Shown in pieces: positions 48,108 to 57,998 of a DNA stretch of 64,000 nt (the stretch's first letter is position 1; the number at the start of each line of letters is the position of its first letter). Under the pieces are notes generated by a model. That model was not told the DNA's origin. It saw nothing but the letters and a program-made list of their open reading frames with translations, and ran no database searches. Made by a program: the position numbers and the translations under genes. The DNA lies in NCBI GenBank assembly GCA_963805925.1, contig CAWDWB010000010.1:212527-276526 (forward strand), read 5' to 3'. The DNA is from an uncultured Acidobacteriota bacterium (GTDB lineage Bacteria; Acidobacteriota; Terriglobia; Bryobacterales; UBA6623).

Positions 48108-49542
48108 TCATTGCGGGCTGAAATACCGGCCCAGAAAGTCGATGTACGTTGGCCAGTTGGGCCAGTCGACGTGGCCTTGGTCGTGTTGGCGGAAGGCGAT
48201 GTCGCCGTCCATTAAGGGCGTGAGCGGCGGGGGCATTTTTGCTTTGACGGCGACGGGGTCGGGGACTTCGTCGAACGCGATGCCGAGCTCGTTGTTGCTG
48301 AGCGGTTTGGCGCCGAGCAGGGCCCAGGCGGGGCTAGCGCCGGCGGCGGCCATGAACATGCCGGGCGTGTCCTGCCAGTTCTCAAAGCTGTAGCGGCTGT
48401 TGGTGCCGGGGACGCCGTTGCCTTCGATGTATTCGCCGCCGCTGATGAAGACCGGGACGCGGGGCGACGAGGGCGATGAACTGGTGCTGGTCGATGGGCA
48501 GGTCGTCGACGGTGAGCGGGCCGCCGTAGCGTATGAAGTTGCCGGCCATCCAGTAGTATTCGCCGGCGTTGGCGAGGCTCTCGACGTTTTGTCCGACGAG
48601 GTGGCGCCAGAGTTTCGCGCCGCCTTCGCCGGAGGAGCTGACGTAGCCGCTGAGGATGCGCGGCTCGTAGACGAGCGCGACGAGGGTGGCCTTGCCGTAG
48701 CGCGAATGGCCGGCGATGGCGACTTGCTTGGCGTCGACGAGAGGGTCGGTCTCGAGGTAGTCCATTAAGCGGCTGGCGCCCCAGGCCCACGCGCGCAGGC
48801 CGCCCCAGTCTTCAGGCCGGCGGTATTCGCCCTTGTTGATGAGGCCGATGATGCCTTGGCGCAAGTTGTCTCCGCCGGCGTCGGCTTGGATGCTGGCGGG
48901 GTTGAGATAGCCGTAGCCCCAGCCGAGGGAGATGGCCGCTTCTTGCCAGGTGTCTGCGCCGTTGGGGAAGCCGGGCGTCGAGTCGGGTCCGCGGCGGCGT
49001 GCGCCTGTGCCCCACTGCAGGATGACGGGGACCTTGCCGTCGGCGTGGGCGGGCGTGGTGACGATGGCGGTGATGTCGACGGTGATGGCCGGATAGTAGG
49101 AGCGGTCGACGTGGCCGACGAGCGTGCGCGTGATGGTGGGCGTGCCGCGGCTTTCGTCTTCGTGGGTATCGGCGACCTCCCATGTGACGGCGATGGTCTT
49201 GGCGGCTTCGGGGACGCGTCCGTAGATTTCGCGGTCGAAGATTTCGAGCAACTCGGCGCGGCGCTCATTCCACATGGCGGGCGTGGTGACGGGGCGTCCG
49301 TTGGCCATGACGAGCAGCGGCGGCACGGGGGAGGCGGCGCGCGACTTGCTCTCGTCGTAATTGGCGAAGTTGGGGGGAGCGCTGCCGTCTGGGTTGAGGC
49401 GTCCGGCGGGGCCGGGGCGCAGCGGGGAGGTGATGCCGAGCTTTTCCATCATGGCGCGATGGTCGGCGGTGTTGTCGCTGCGCTGGGCGACGAGCGTTGC
49501 GGCGGAGAGGGCGGTAAGTACGGTGAGCGCTGCTAGTTTCAT
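48108..49542 (-). pseudogene. secreted alpha/beta hydrolase, CE15 glucuronoyl-esterase-like, one frameshift near 48450-48465
   Basis: Signal peptide MKLAALTVLTALSAATLVAQ and the nucleophile elbow IAGHSRYGKA. ORF 48382..49566 ends at ...LVAPRP and continues in another frame as VFISGGEYIEGNGVPG...MFMAAAG...HDQGHVDW (ORF 48108..48359). Confidence 0.6.
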
Positions 49543-49617
49543 GGCGAAAAGGGGCGAACGGGGCACGGGTCATTCTCGCAGATTCCGGCCGCCCGGCTGG
49601 ACCCCGTACTTCTGGAA

Positions 49618-51549
49618 TCAACCCGCGCTTTGATGCACGAGACGCTCCTGCATCAGAATCAGGCTGACCAGGGTCATCACATCCGAATCGACCACGCCGC
49701 GCTCTTGGGCCGTCATTGTCTCGAGCCGGTCTGCGAAGTCGCGAACGGCGGACGTATTTAGAAATGGAAGGGCGGCCATCGATTCGCTGCGTAGCGTGTC
49801 GCCTACCAGCTGTTTCATCCGGCTTGGCGCGTCGGCGACGTCGGGCGGACTGAGGAAGGGGTGCTTCTGTCTTCGGTAAACCTCATCCGTCAAAACGTCG
49901 CGCGTGGCCTCGCGCAGAACGTATTTCTCGGTTAGTCCGCGAATCTTCATGTTGACCGGAGTTCGGAACAAGAACTCGCCGACTTCGTGATCGAGGAACG
50001 GCACACGGCCCTCGATCGAATGCCCCATTTCCATCCGGTCACCGAGAAGGATGAGGATGTAACCGGGCAGGGCCGTCTTGCTCCACAGATACAGCGACTG
50101 ATGGACCGGCGCGCGTCCCGTGAGCCGACGTCTTGCATCCAAACCGTTGAGCAACAAGCTGGCGCTATCGAGTTGCGCAAACGGTGCGAAGTAGTCCGTG
50201 TTGTAGAGCGACGCCAAGCGCTTCTGCCGCGAGAGAAACGGTCGATACATGGAGGGTATGAATCCCAGCAAGGTATCCATCATCGCGGAGCCCCCGCCGT
50301 CGTCGTCCGACATCAATATGCCCTGCGAAACCTTGTTAGCCTCTGCCAGCTGGGCGACAAGGCGCTCGACCTCGGCGGGATCCTGGCCTGCGTTGTCGTA
50401 GCGGATCATGTCTTCGCGAAAATGCGCGTACCCGGCGAGTAGTTCGTCGGAGCCCTCACCGGTTAGAACAACTTTGAAACCGGCATCCCGTACCGCGCGG
50501 CTCAACAGATACTTGGCGACGAAGTGTGCGTTGACGCAAGGGTGTTCAGCGTGATAGATCGCGTCGGCAAAGTTATCGGCGAGCTCCGTCTGGCTGATGG
50601 GGATCGGCGTCCAGTCCGCTCCCGCCTTGCTCGCCATCTCCTCGGCGATCTTGCCTTCGTCGTAGTCCTCATGTTCGAAGCGCAGCGTGAACGCGCGGAT
50701 CGGATCGGAACGGTGCCGGGCTGCGAGCCCTAGCACCGCGCAGGAGTCGATGCCGCCGCTCAAATAGCAGCCGACAGGGACGTCGGCGCGCAGGCGAATC
50801 CGGACGGCATCATCGAGCACGGAGCGGAACTGTTCGATGTACTCCGCGTCGCTCAGAATAGGTCGTCCGTCGTCAACAACCGGGTATTCGACGTCCCAGT
50901 ACTGAGCGAGCGATATGCCATGAGCATCGGCCGTCAAACAGTAGCCGGGCGGAACGGCATGAACACCCTTAAACGGCGTTTTGCTCGGCGGGCTGAAGGC
51001 GAGCGAGAAGTGCATGTACTCCGGGTCCCATTCCGCCGGCACGCCTGCGGCAAACAGGGCCTTCATTTCCGATGCAAGGTATAGTGCGCCGTTGTGCTGC
51101 GCGTAGAAGAGCGGCTTGACGCCGAAGCGGTCGCGAACGGCGAACAGCTTGCGAGAGCGGCCGTCCCAGATGGCGAAGGCATACTCGCCGCGCAGGCGTT
51201 GAACGGAGTTCGTACCGAGGTCCTCGTAGAGATGGAGACCGATTTCGCTGTCCGAGCGTGTGCGTAGGTGATGTCCCTCGCGCTCAAGCTGCTGCTGTAC
51301 GCGCTCGTAGTCGTAGAATTCGCCGTTGGCAACGATCCAAATCGACTCGTCTTCGTTGGCGATCGGCTGATCGCCGGTCGCGAGGTCGATTATGCTCAGC
51401 CGAGCGTGGCCTAGTGCGACGCTTCCGTCTGGAGCTACCCACGTTTTTTGCCCGTCCGGGCCGCGGTGGTGCAGCGTGTTGAGCGAGCGCTCCAATGCAA
51501 CGGAGGAAACAGGCCCGCCCTGAGAGAGAATTGCGACGATTCCACACAT
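49618..51549 (-). CDS. asnB: asparagine synthase (glutamine-hydrolysing)
   Basis: 643 aa. N-terminal MCGI (Ntn Cys), HRGPDG, and the synthetase domain SGGIDS. Confidence 0.93.
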   Translation of the reverse strand: MCGIVAILSQGGPVSSVALERSLNTLHHRGPDGQKTWVAPDGSVALGHARLSIIDLATGDQPIANEDESIWIVANGEFYDYERVQQQLEREGHHLRTRSDSEIGLHLYEDLGTNSVQRLRGEYAFAIWDGRSRKLFAVRDRFGVKPLFYAQHNGALYLASEMKALFAAGVPAEWDPEYMHFSLAFSPPSKTPFKGVHAVPPGYCLTADAHGISLAQYWDVEYPVVDDGRPILSDAEYIEQFRSVLDDAVRIRLRADVPVGCYLSGGIDSCAVLGLAARHRSDPIRAFTLRFEHEDYDEGKIAEEMASKAGADWTPIPISQTELADNFADAIYHAEHPCVNAHFVAKYLLSRAVRDAGFKVVLTGEGSDELLAGYAHFREDMIRYDNAGQDPAEVERLVAQLAEANKVSQGILMSDDDGGGSAMMDTLLGFIPSMYRPFLSRQKRLASLYNTDYFAPFAQLDSASLLLNGLDARRRLTGRAPVHQSLYLWSKTALPGYILILLGDRMEMGHSIEGRVPFLDHEVGEFLFRTPVNMKIRGLTEKYVLREATRDVLTDEVYRRQKHPFLSPPDVADAPSRMKQLVGDTLRSESMAALPFLNTSAVRDFADRLETMTAQERGVVDSDVMTLVSLILMQERLVHQSAG

Positions 51550-51689
51550 GCGTACAGCTCCTATGGACCCGCAAGGAGAACTTCAGATGACCATGCGCGC
51601 CGGCTTCCCCTGGCTACTTGAGAATCGTGCTGATTCTGCGCAGATGAGAGGACCAGGGCGATTGTAGCGACATTGGACGGCCGTGGGGT

Positions 51690-52766
51690 TTAGGGGGTCA
51701 TGTTGGCCTTCGAGTAGTAGCCGGAGGGGGCCGTTACCATTGCGGCCGAATGAGCCCGGCGCGCTTCTGCAGTCAAGCGCACTTCCAAGCGGCGAAACTC
51801 GGGTTGCGTTGTCGATGCACCACGGATGGTCAGCACGAAAGGATTCCTCAAGCGCTGCACGAGTTCGCGTTCGACGGCGAGGGTGACGGCTTTGGGATCC
51901 CAGCGGCGGAGCTGCTTGTTGTCGCGAATCGGGCGGGAGTGTTCGTAGTCGAGACGCACGACGGATCCTCCGACCTTCGCTAGGACCGGCTCGACGGAGA
52001 AGAGGTCGTCGAGGAAGGTTCGGGGACGCTCGGGCTGGAGATTGGAGGGCCTGTCCACGCCGGGCGTTTCCCAGGGAAGGTTTCTCCAGTCCCCGTTGAA
52101 CGGGCCGCGCTTGCTCCCCTGTTGGGGAACAGTGACGGCCTCGAGGCGGATCGAAGACTTGAGCAACGCCGCGACGACGTCGGCTTCGGTCGCGTCGGAC
52201 TTGCCTTCGCGGTTGTGGGTGACGACGACGATCAGAGGGCGACTGACGCCTGGCGTCTCGGATAGGAACTGAGCGCCGGCTAGGATTGCGTCGTAGAGGC
52301 CGCTGCGCCTGATGCTTTTGCTGTTCGGAGGTTGCAAGTCGATCAATGCTCGCAGGCGCTTGCCGGCTAAGTCGCGGTCGGGCGTCAGGGTTGACGCGAG
52401 CTGCACGTTATCTCCGGCAAAGAACATGGCGGCGGTGCGATCGCCGGGGCGCAGAATGCCGAGGAGGCCAGGCGCAGAGTAAAGCACCGCTTCATCGCCG
52501 TGGCCGCCGCTGAAGTCGAGCAGGAAGAGGACGTCGCGCGGGGGCGTGTCGGCTTGCTCGCAGTTGACGATCTGCGCCGGAAGCGATTCTTCCCATGCCT
52601 CGAAGTCTGCGCACGAGAGTCCCTGGACCGGTTGATTGGTGCTGCGGTCAATGGCTTGGACTTCGATGGAGATGAGACCAGAGTCGGCCGCGCCGGAGAG
52701 GGGCGACAGAAGGAGCGCGGCCAGGGCAGGGAGGCAGAGCGCCCAATGTTTGGGGCTGCGGGTCAC
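51690..52766 (-). CDS. acidobacterial VWFA-related (TIGR03436-like) secreted protein
   Basis: 358 aa. Signal peptide, an Ig-like start (IEVQAIDRSTNQPVQGLSCADFEAWEE) and a VWA-like core (VLFLLDFSGG...). Confidence 0.65.
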   Translation of the reverse strand: MTRSPKHWALCLPALAALLLSPLSGAADSGLISIEVQAIDRSTNQPVQGLSCADFEAWEESLPAQIVNCEQADTPPRDVLFLLDFSGGHGDEAVLYSAPGLLGILRPGDRTAAMFFAGDNVQLASTLTPDRDLAGKRLRALIDLQPPNSKSIRRSGLYDAILAGAQFLSETPGVSRPLIVVVTHNREGKSDATEADVVAALLKSSIRLEAVTVPQQGSKRGPFNGDWRNLPWETPGVDRPSNLQPERPRTFLDDLFSVEPVLAKVGGSVVRLDYEHSRPIRDNKQLRRWDPKAVTLAVERELVQRLRNPFVLTIRGASTTQPEFRRLEVRLTAEARRAHSAAMVTAPSGYYSKANMTP

Positions 52767-52892
52767 TGATCAAAGAATAACGGCGGAAGGGGGGTAGGGC
52801 GAGAAAAAAGGACCCTTCGGGACGGCGCTGACGCGGGAGAACGCCAGCTCAAGCTTGGCGGCTCGGATGGGCTGCGCGGATGGCGACGCGCC

Positions 52893-53276
52893 TTAGGCTT
52901 CGACGATTTCGAGTTGGTCGCCGGGCTCGGTATTGGTGCGTTGCGCCGTACCTGCCGGCAGTTCGACGACGCTGTGTGCGCGGAAGCTGGCAGAAAGGCG
53001 CCAGGGCTTGAGGTGCGAAGCGACCTTGGTGACGCGCTTTTTCTTGTCGATGAACACGGCGTCGATGGCGAAGCGCATGAAGAACATGTGTATGGCCTCG
53101 CAGGGCTTGATCCACAGGCCTTCGCCGTCGTCCAAGCCGTCGCGGCCGAGCAGGCCCTTGTTGCGGGTCTGGGCCGTGCCGGCGAGCAAAACATTGTCGC
53201 CGAGTTCTGTTCCCTTGGTGGTATTGCGGACGATCACGCTGGTCCCAGAATGTCCCTTGGCGACCTCCCGCGGCAA
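52893..53276 (-). CDS. DUF192 (COG1430) family protein
   Basis: 127 aa. GLLGRDGLDDGEGLWIKPCEAIHMFFMRFAIDAVFIDKKKRV is the DUF192 pattern. Confidence 0.75.
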   Translation of the reverse strand: MPREVAKGHSGTSVIVRNTTKGTELGDNVLLAGTAQTRNKGLLGRDGLDDGEGLWIKPCEAIHMFFMRFAIDAVFIDKKKRVTKVASHLKPWRLSASFRAHSVVELPAGTAQRTNTEPGDQLEIVEA

Positions 53277-53395
53277 GCAGGGAAAGCCTTAACTATCCCA
53301 GAGGTTTCAACTGGGGCCCCTTGGGGCCGTTCAGCGCTGTGTGTGCTAGACCACCCACTCGGCGGTGAATCCTTAAGTGCCGTGGTTTGTAACCG

Positions 53396-56300
53396 TTGTC
53401 GATGCGCCAGCGCCCTTGTATAATGATGCCGGTCCCCCTTGTGAGCCCCTTGAAACGAAACATCCGATCTCTCATCTCCACATCTCTGCTATCGATAGCA
53501 GCCGCTGCTCTTCTGCCGTTACCGTTAGCGCAAGCCGCCAGCCCGGAATTGACTCACGAATTCACGGAGACGGTGGCTCCGTTCGTCTCGCAATACTGCG
53601 TTGCGTGCCACAGCGGATCTTCTCCGGCGGCTAAGTTCGACATCTCGGCCTATCCCACCGTCGAATCGGTGATTGCCGACAGCGGCCAGTGGGTGCACGT
53701 GATGGGCAGGCTGGAGAAAGGCGACATGCCGCCGGCCGCTATGCCCCAGCCCGACCCGGCGTTGCGTCAGAAAGTGGCTGAATGGATCAAGGCTCTCCGC
53801 ACAGAGGAAGCGAACGCGAGCGCGGGCGACCCAGGGCCGGTCCTGGCCAGGCGTCTCAGCAACGCGGAATACAACTACACGATTCGCGACTTGACCGGAC
53901 AGGATTTGCGGCCCACCAGCGAGTTCCCGGTGGATCCAGCGAACCTGGCCGGCTTCGACAACTCCGGCGAATCGCTTACGATGTCTCCGGCCTTGCTGAA
54001 CAAGTACCTGAAGGCCGCGCGCGAAGTCGCCGAACACATCGTTTTCAAGCCGGACACATTCGATTTCTCGCCGTACTTGATGCTGGTCGAAACCGACCGC
54101 GAGAAGTACGCGATTGAACGCATCATTGATTTCTACAAGAACGCGCCCACGGACTACGCGGACTACTTCCAAGCCGCTTGGCGCTACAAGCATCGCGCCG
54201 ACCTCAAGCAACCTAGCGCCACTCTCGACTCCATCGCGGCGGAAGCCGGAATTAGCGCCAAGTACTTGCCGATGGTCTGGGGAATCCTCGAAGGCCCGGT
54301 CAAGGAAAATGTCGGACCGATCGCCAAGCTTCGCGAAATGTGGAACGCTCTGCCCGCGCCTGGGGCCGAGGCCGCCGTCCGAAAGCAGACTGAGCATATG
54401 CGCGACTGGGTTATAAAGTTGCGCAGCGACACCGCCATGCTGTTCGCTGCGCCGGTGGTTTTGGGCAAACCGGGTGAGACCCGCCGATTTGGCGGGGGAG
54501 GCCTTAGCCCTTGGTCGCAGCCGTTGATTAACTGGAAGTACAAACAGTTCGCCTCGCATCGCCGCGATTTTGACCGCACGGCGCTGCGCGAAGCGAGTGC
54601 CCCGGCGCCGGAACTTCCGGAGATTCCGCCCTATCCGGGGCTAGGACAGGAAGCGCACCCCCGCGCCCGTGCTCTTCAGTTGAATGCCCGCGCTGGCGAC
54701 GCGGATTTGATCGTCCCAGACGGCCAAATGGAGCGCTATGAGACGGCCTTCGCTGAGTTCGCCAACGTGTTCCCGGACGTTTTCTACGTTAGCGAGCGCG
54801 GACGATTCTTCCCGGACGACTCCAACGACAAGGGCCGCTTCTTGAGCGCCGGCTTCCACAACGTCATGGGCTACACCCGCGATGACACGCCGCTGATGGA
54901 ACTGATCCTCGACGACAAGGGCCAGCAGCAACTCGACAAGCTTTGGCTTGATTTCGATTTCGTCGCAGCATACACCGCCAGGACTTGGGATCAGTACTAC
55001 TTCAACCAAAGCGGGGAAGTCGACGGCACCGGACGCGAGTCCGGCACGGAACGCCCAGCGGACGCTGCGGTCGACGCCACGGTCACGATCATGGCCATGC
55101 GCGACAAATACCTGGCCAAGGCCAAGGAAAACCCGGCGAGCGATCCGCTGGCGACGGAAGCGATCCTCAGCCACTTCCAAAAGGTCGATCAGACACTGCG
55201 CGAACTCGAGCAGTTGCACCTGGAAGCACAGCCCAAACATCTGGATGCGTTGCTGAAGTTTGCCGAGCGCGCCTATCGCCGTCCGCTGACCAAGCAGGAA
55301 GGCGAGGACCTTCGCGCTTACTACAAGAACCTGCGTGCCGAGACCGGGCTGTCGCATGAGGAAGCGATTCGCGACTCGGTCGTCAGCGTGCTGATGTCGC
55401 CCGACTTCCTCTACCGCATCGACTTGGTGGACGGCTTCTCGTCGTCGGTCGGCGGAGCGCCGCAGGCCGTGGCCGGCAAACCGGCGCCGGGGGTGAACGC
55501 TCGAGCGCTTTCGCCTTACGCGTTGGCCAGCCGCCTGAGCTACTTTTTGTGGTCGAGCATGCCCGACGCGGAGTTGCTTTCGCACGCCGCGGACGGATCT
55601 CTGGCCCGCCCGGAAGTGCTCGCCGCGCAAGCGAAGCGGATGCTTAAGGATCCGCGGGTCGAGGGCATGGCAGCCGAGTTCGCCGGCAACTGGCTCGACT
55701 TCCGACGCTTTGAGACGTACAACTCGGTCGACCGCCAGAGATTCCCGGAATTTGACGATACCCTGCGTGAAGCGATGTTCGAAGAGCCGGTGCGGATGAT
55801 CGAAGACGCCGCGATTCATGATCGCTCCGTGCTGGATCTGATTTACGGCAACTATACGTTCGTCAATCCGGTGCTGGCGCGGCACTACGGTATGCCGCAA
55901 GGCGGTACCGGGGACGAAGACAAGTGGGTTCGGGTGGACCATGCTGACCGCTACCAGCGAGGCGGACTGCTGCCGATGGCGGTCTTTCTGACGCAGAACT
56001 CGCCCGGCTTGCGCACCAGCCCGGTGAAGCGCGGTTACTGGGTCGTGCGGCGCGTGCTGGGCGAAGTGATTCCGCCGCCGCCGCCGGTCGTTCCCGAACT
56101 GCCGGCCGATGAGTCCAAGGCCGACCTGCCGCTGCCCAAACTTTTGGAACGGCATCGTGCCAATCCTGTTTGCGCATCCTGCCACGCGCGTTTCGACTCG
56201 TTCGGGCTTGTTTTTGAAGGCTACGGGCCGGTCGGCGAACGCCGTCAAAACGACTTGGCGGGCCGCATGATTGGGGCCGTCGCAGAATTCCCGGGGAGCG

Positions 56301-56584
56301 GCGAGAAGGCAGAAGGACTAGAAGGCGTCAAGGCGTACATCAAGGCGCATCGCCAGGACGACTATCTGGACAATCTCAGCAGGAAGATGTTGGCTTACGC
56401 GTTGAGCCGCTCGCTTCTGCTCTCAGACGAACCGCTCATCGAGCAAGCCCAAGCAAACTTGGCGGCCAATGACTACCGCTTCGGGGCGCTTGTGGAGACA
56501 ATAGTAACCAGCCCTCAGTTTATGAACAGGCGCGACCCTGATCCCGCCGAACAACGTAGTTTCGTACCGCAGAGAGGTAACTAA
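53396..56584 (+). CDS. DUF1592/DUF1587/DUF1588/DUF1595/DUF1585-type (planctomycete PSD-like) protein with N-terminal cytochrome c motif
   Basis: 1062 aa. Signal peptide, heme motif CVACH, NAEYNYTIRDLTG (DUF1587-like), RLSYFLWSSMPD (DUF1588/1592-like) and the C-terminal CASCHARFDSFGL. The exact start is uncertain. Confidence 0.85.
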   Translation: MSMRQRPCIMMPVPLVSPLKRNIRSLISTSLLSIAAAALLPLPLAQAASPELTHEFTETVAPFVSQYCVACHSGSSPAAKFDISAYPTVESVIADSGQWVHVMGRLEKGDMPPAAMPQPDPALRQKVAEWIKALRTEEANASAGDPGPVLARRLSNAEYNYTIRDLTGQDLRPTSEFPVDPANLAGFDNSGESLTMSPALLNKYLKAAREVAEHIVFKPDTFDFSPYLMLVETDREKYAIERIIDFYKNAPTDYADYFQAAWRYKHRADLKQPSATLDSIAAEAGISAKYLPMVWGILEGPVKENVGPIAKLREMWNALPAPGAEAAVRKQTEHMRDWVIKLRSDTAMLFAAPVVLGKPGETRRFGGGGLSPWSQPLINWKYKQFASHRRDFDRTALREASAPAPELPEIPPYPGLGQEAHPRARALQLNARAGDADLIVPDGQMERYETAFAEFANVFPDVFYVSERGRFFPDDSNDKGRFLSAGFHNVMGYTRDDTPLMELILDDKGQQQLDKLWLDFDFVAAYTARTWDQYYFNQSGEVDGTGRESGTERPADAAVDATVTIMAMRDKYLAKAKENPASDPLATEAILSHFQKVDQTLRELEQLHLEAQPKHLDALLKFAERAYRRPLTKQEGEDLRAYYKNLRAETGLSHEEAIRDSVVSVLMSPDFLYRIDLVDGFSSSVGGAPQAVAGKPAPGVNARALSPYALASRLSYFLWSSMPDAELLSHAADGSLARPEVLAAQAKRMLKDPRVEGMAAEFAGNWLDFRRFETYNSVDRQRFPEFDDTLREAMFEEPVRMIEDAAIHDRSVLDLIYGNYTFVNPVLARHYGMPQGGTGDEDKWVRVDHADRYQRGGLLPMAVFLTQNSPGLRTSPVKRGYWVVRRVLGEVIPPPPPVVPELPADESKADLPLPKLLERHRANPVCASCHARFDSFGLVFEGYGPVGERRQNDLAGRMIGAVAEFPGSGEKAEGLEGVKAYIKAHRQDDYLDNLSRKMLAYALSRSLLLSDEPLIEQAQANLAANDYRFGALVETIVTSPQFMNRRDPDPAEQRSFVPQRGN

Positions 56585-56585
56585 G

Positions 56586-57911
56586 ATGGCCAATATTCTA
56601 AAGAAAAAGGGGATCTCGCGGCGTACCGTTCTTCGCGGAGCGGGGGTAGCGATGAGCTTGCCGTGGCTTGAGGCTATGGCGCCGGCGGCAACCACCATGC
56701 CGACCGAGTTCCCGAAACGCTTCGGCGTTCTGTTCATGGGCATGGGCGTCCACGAAGATCACTGGAGCGCCACCGGCCAAGGCGCCGACATGGTGCTCAG
56801 CAAGACCTTGCAGCCGCTTGAGCCCCTCAAGCAAAAGATCAACGTCATCGACGGCCTCTTTAATAAGAACGCCACCGGTCAGGGCATTCACCCGGCGCAA
56901 ACGGGCAACTTGCTCTCGGGCGTGCACTTCGACAAGGGTGCGATCATCCACTCGGGCATTTCGGTGGACCAGGTCATCGCCAACAAGATTGGCGAGGATA
57001 CGCCCCAGTCGAGCATCGTGCTTTCTTGCGAACAGCCGATGACCGGCTTCCACGAGACGAACTTCTCGCTTGCCTATAGCTCGCACATCTCTTGGCAAAA
57101 CCCCGATTCGCCGGTGCCGGTTGAAGTCTATCCGTCGCTGGCGTTCGACAATCTGTTCGAGAATCGCAGCAGCCTGCGCAATATCTCGATCCTCGACCGG
57201 GTCAAAGACCGTGCCCGGTCTCTCGGGTCGGAGATCAGCGCGAGCGATCGCAGCAAGCTCGACGAATACATGACCAGCGTCCGTGAAGTTGAGCGCCGCG
57301 TCGAGAGCATGCGCAAGAACATGGACAAGGCCGAAGACAAGGCCAAGGAAACGAACAAGCCGACGTGGACGATGAAGCGCCCCGAGAACGGCTTGCCGGA
57401 GGATCTGCGCGAGCACTCCAAGTTGCTGCTAGACATCATCGCGATGGCCTTCCAGACCGATCGCACCCGTGTAGCGTCGATGTTGATTTCGCGTGACTTG
57501 TCGGCGCAGTACTATCCGTTCCTCGAAGTGGCGGACGGTCACCACGCCGCCTCGCACAACAACAACTCGGACGCCTACGAACGGATCGCCCGTTGGCACG
57601 TCGGCCAATTGGTCTATCTGGCCCAGAAGCTCGACTCCATGCCTGAAGGCGACAGCACGGTGCTCGATAACTCGTGCATCATGTTCTTGTCGAACCTTTG
57701 GATTGGCCGTCAGCACGACAACAGCAGACTCCCCGTCATCCTGGCCGGCGGCATGGGCGGCGCCCTCGAAACCGGCCGCGCCCTGAACTATCTCGGAAGA
57801 CCCGAAGAAGAGCGCAAGATGTGCAGCTTGTACCTCTCGCTGATGGATCGTATGGGGCTCGAGACGGACGGCGGCTTCGGCGACGCGACGACGCGCCTCG
57901 CCAACATCTAG
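56586..57911 (+). CDS. DUF1552 family protein (Tat signal)
   Basis: 441 aa. Tat-like ISRRTVLRGAGVAMSLPWLEA. Starts 2 nt after the DUF1592-type gene, which is the canonical partner arrangement. Confidence 0.85.
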   Translation: MANILKKKGISRRTVLRGAGVAMSLPWLEAMAPAATTMPTEFPKRFGVLFMGMGVHEDHWSATGQGADMVLSKTLQPLEPLKQKINVIDGLFNKNATGQGIHPAQTGNLLSGVHFDKGAIIHSGISVDQVIANKIGEDTPQSSIVLSCEQPMTGFHETNFSLAYSSHISWQNPDSPVPVEVYPSLAFDNLFENRSSLRNISILDRVKDRARSLGSEISASDRSKLDEYMTSVREVERRVESMRKNMDKAEDKAKETNKPTWTMKRPENGLPEDLREHSKLLLDIIAMAFQTDRTRVASMLISRDLSAQYYPFLEVADGHHAASHNNNSDAYERIARWHVGQLVYLAQKLDSMPEGDSTVLDNSCIMFLSNLWIGRQHDNSRLPVILAGGMGGALETGRALNYLGRPEEERKMCSLYLSLMDRMGLETDGGFGDATTRLANI

Positions 57912-57941
57912 CCGCTAACACGCGGGCTGAGAGCTAACGAA

Positions 57942-57969
57942 GGCAGGGCCGCGCGGCCCTGCCTTTTTT
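57942..57969 (+). terminator. rho-independent terminator (usable from both strands)
   Basis: GGCAGGGCC-GCGC-GGCCCTGCC followed by TTTTTT, 31 nt after the DUF1552 stop. Confidence 0.75.
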
Positions 57970-57998
57970 GGTTTCGGGCGTCTTTTGTGTCCAACACA

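Noticed and set aside
48212-49268. 192-aa and 167-aa - strand ORFs (48212..48790, 48765..49268), Pro/Arg/Ala-rich
   Set aside because: They are off-frame translations inside the CE15-like esterase gene.
52763-53194. 143-aa - strand ORF overlapping DUF192
   Set aside because: It is off-frame relative to the 127-aa ORF that carries the recognisable DUF192 motif, and it is Pro/Ser/Arg-rich.
54641-56248. 535-aa - strand ORF (similarly 53525..54559, 344 aa)
   Set aside because: It is antisense to the 1062-aa DUF1592-type gene, shows no motifs, and is Arg/Val-rich shadow sequence.
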